Shown here piece by piece: positions 31,663 to 32,000 of a stretch of DNA of 32,000 bases. The notes under the pieces are model-generated. The model had not been told where the DNA came from. It searched no databases and saw only the letters and a program-made list of their open reading frames with translations. The stretch covers positions 2,400,001 to 2,432,000 of the forward strand of contig NZ_CP017260.1 of assembly GCF_001735745.1 (NCBI RefSeq), in the 5' to 3' direction. The position numbers were made by a program, and so were the translations under genes. Source of the DNA: Formosa sp. Hel1_33_131 (GTDB lineage Bacteria; Bacteroidota; Bacteroidia; Flavobacteriales; Flavobacteriaceae). The first letter of the stretch is position 1; each line of letters starts with the position of its first letter.

Positions 31663-32000
31663 TTAATTTTTTAGTTTAAATGTTTCTATCGTCTTAAATG
31701 GAGACAGATCCTTGGCTTCCATTTCAGTTTGAAATGTGAGCCATTCAGCTTCAAAAAAGCTGTTCGTGGTTTTTAAGGCACTATCAATAGCTGTTTTTGC
31801 TTGTTTCACAAGGCTGTGTTCCGTATCTGTGATTCCATGCTGACGTGTGCTGATATAATACGAAGCCGTCCCAATGCGCTCTGTCACAGAAACCACAGGG
31901 TCACTTGTAATCCCTTGACGTTTATCGTCTTTCCCAAAATAGAGGGCCAAAATAGTATCTAATTTTTTGGTGATTTCTTTGCAATTTTTTAGAGCCTCTT
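31663..32000 (-). CDS. C-terminal fragment of a larger protein (open to the right edge); resembles the C-terminus of BNR/sortilin-repeat glycosyl-hydrolase-like proteins
   Basis: The frame stays open upstream of the track start: my translation continues ...EALKNCKEITKKLDTILALYFGKDDK. Product assignment is weak, based only on the overall pattern of the tail. Confidence 0.5.
   Translation of the reverse strand, partial: EALKNCKEITKKLDTILALYFGKDDKRQGITSDPVVSVTERIGTASYYISTRQHGITDTEHSLVKQAKTAIDSALKTTNSFFEAEWLTFQTEMEAKDLSPFKTIETFKLKN

Noticed and set aside
1-32000. tRNA, rRNA, tmRNA, riboswitch or group II intron signatures
   Set aside because: Scanning by eye found no T-loop (GGTTCGAATCC-like) or acceptor patterns, no rRNA-like conserved blocks and no recognisable riboswitch cores in the intergenic regions. 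Absence cannot be proven without covariance-model searches.

Overview
This is a low-GC chromosomal window that looks like Bacteroidota, probably Flavobacteriia. That assignment is inferred from gene content, many lipoprotein signal peptides, and perfect Bacteroidetes-type TAnnTTTG -7 boxes 17-26 nt upstream of many start codons.

Most of the window is core housekeeping or stress genes:
- uvrA (partial, open to the left edge) and two ECF sigma factors
- divergent nth and bcp
- an MBL-fold hydrolase
- a long, tightly overlapped minus-strand operon: S10 peptidase, GT2, BatA-N protein, DHOase-like protein, small membrane protein, carboxylesterase
- a PadR-PspC-DUF2807 envelope-stress operon
- oxyR, dcp, a cyclophilin, a NUDIX hydrolase, an acyltransferase, DUF1684, DUF1456, a LETM1-related protein and sodC
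- a partial gene open to the right edge

I recognise no rRNA, tRNA, CRISPR array, transposase, integrase or known defence gene.

The only accessory-looking segment is about 3.1-6.25 kb. It holds five small minus-strand ORFs: an orphan antitoxin-like gene with a vestigial toxin start, three membrane proteins and a lipoprotein. These are embedded in three families of palindromic REP/REPIN/MITE-like repeats. The same repeat families also fill the 650-bp dcp-oxyR gap and the bcp 3' region.

I cannot demonstrate a complete novel system. The best candidate is this repeat-punctuated small-ORF islet, which could be a cassette or immunity-like array.

Two sequence-visible protein oddities stand out:
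- an endonuclease III homologue without the four Fe-S cysteines
- a dihydroorotase-like protein with the metal-binding HxH replaced by SxS

All product calls rest on motif recognition by eye. No searches were run.
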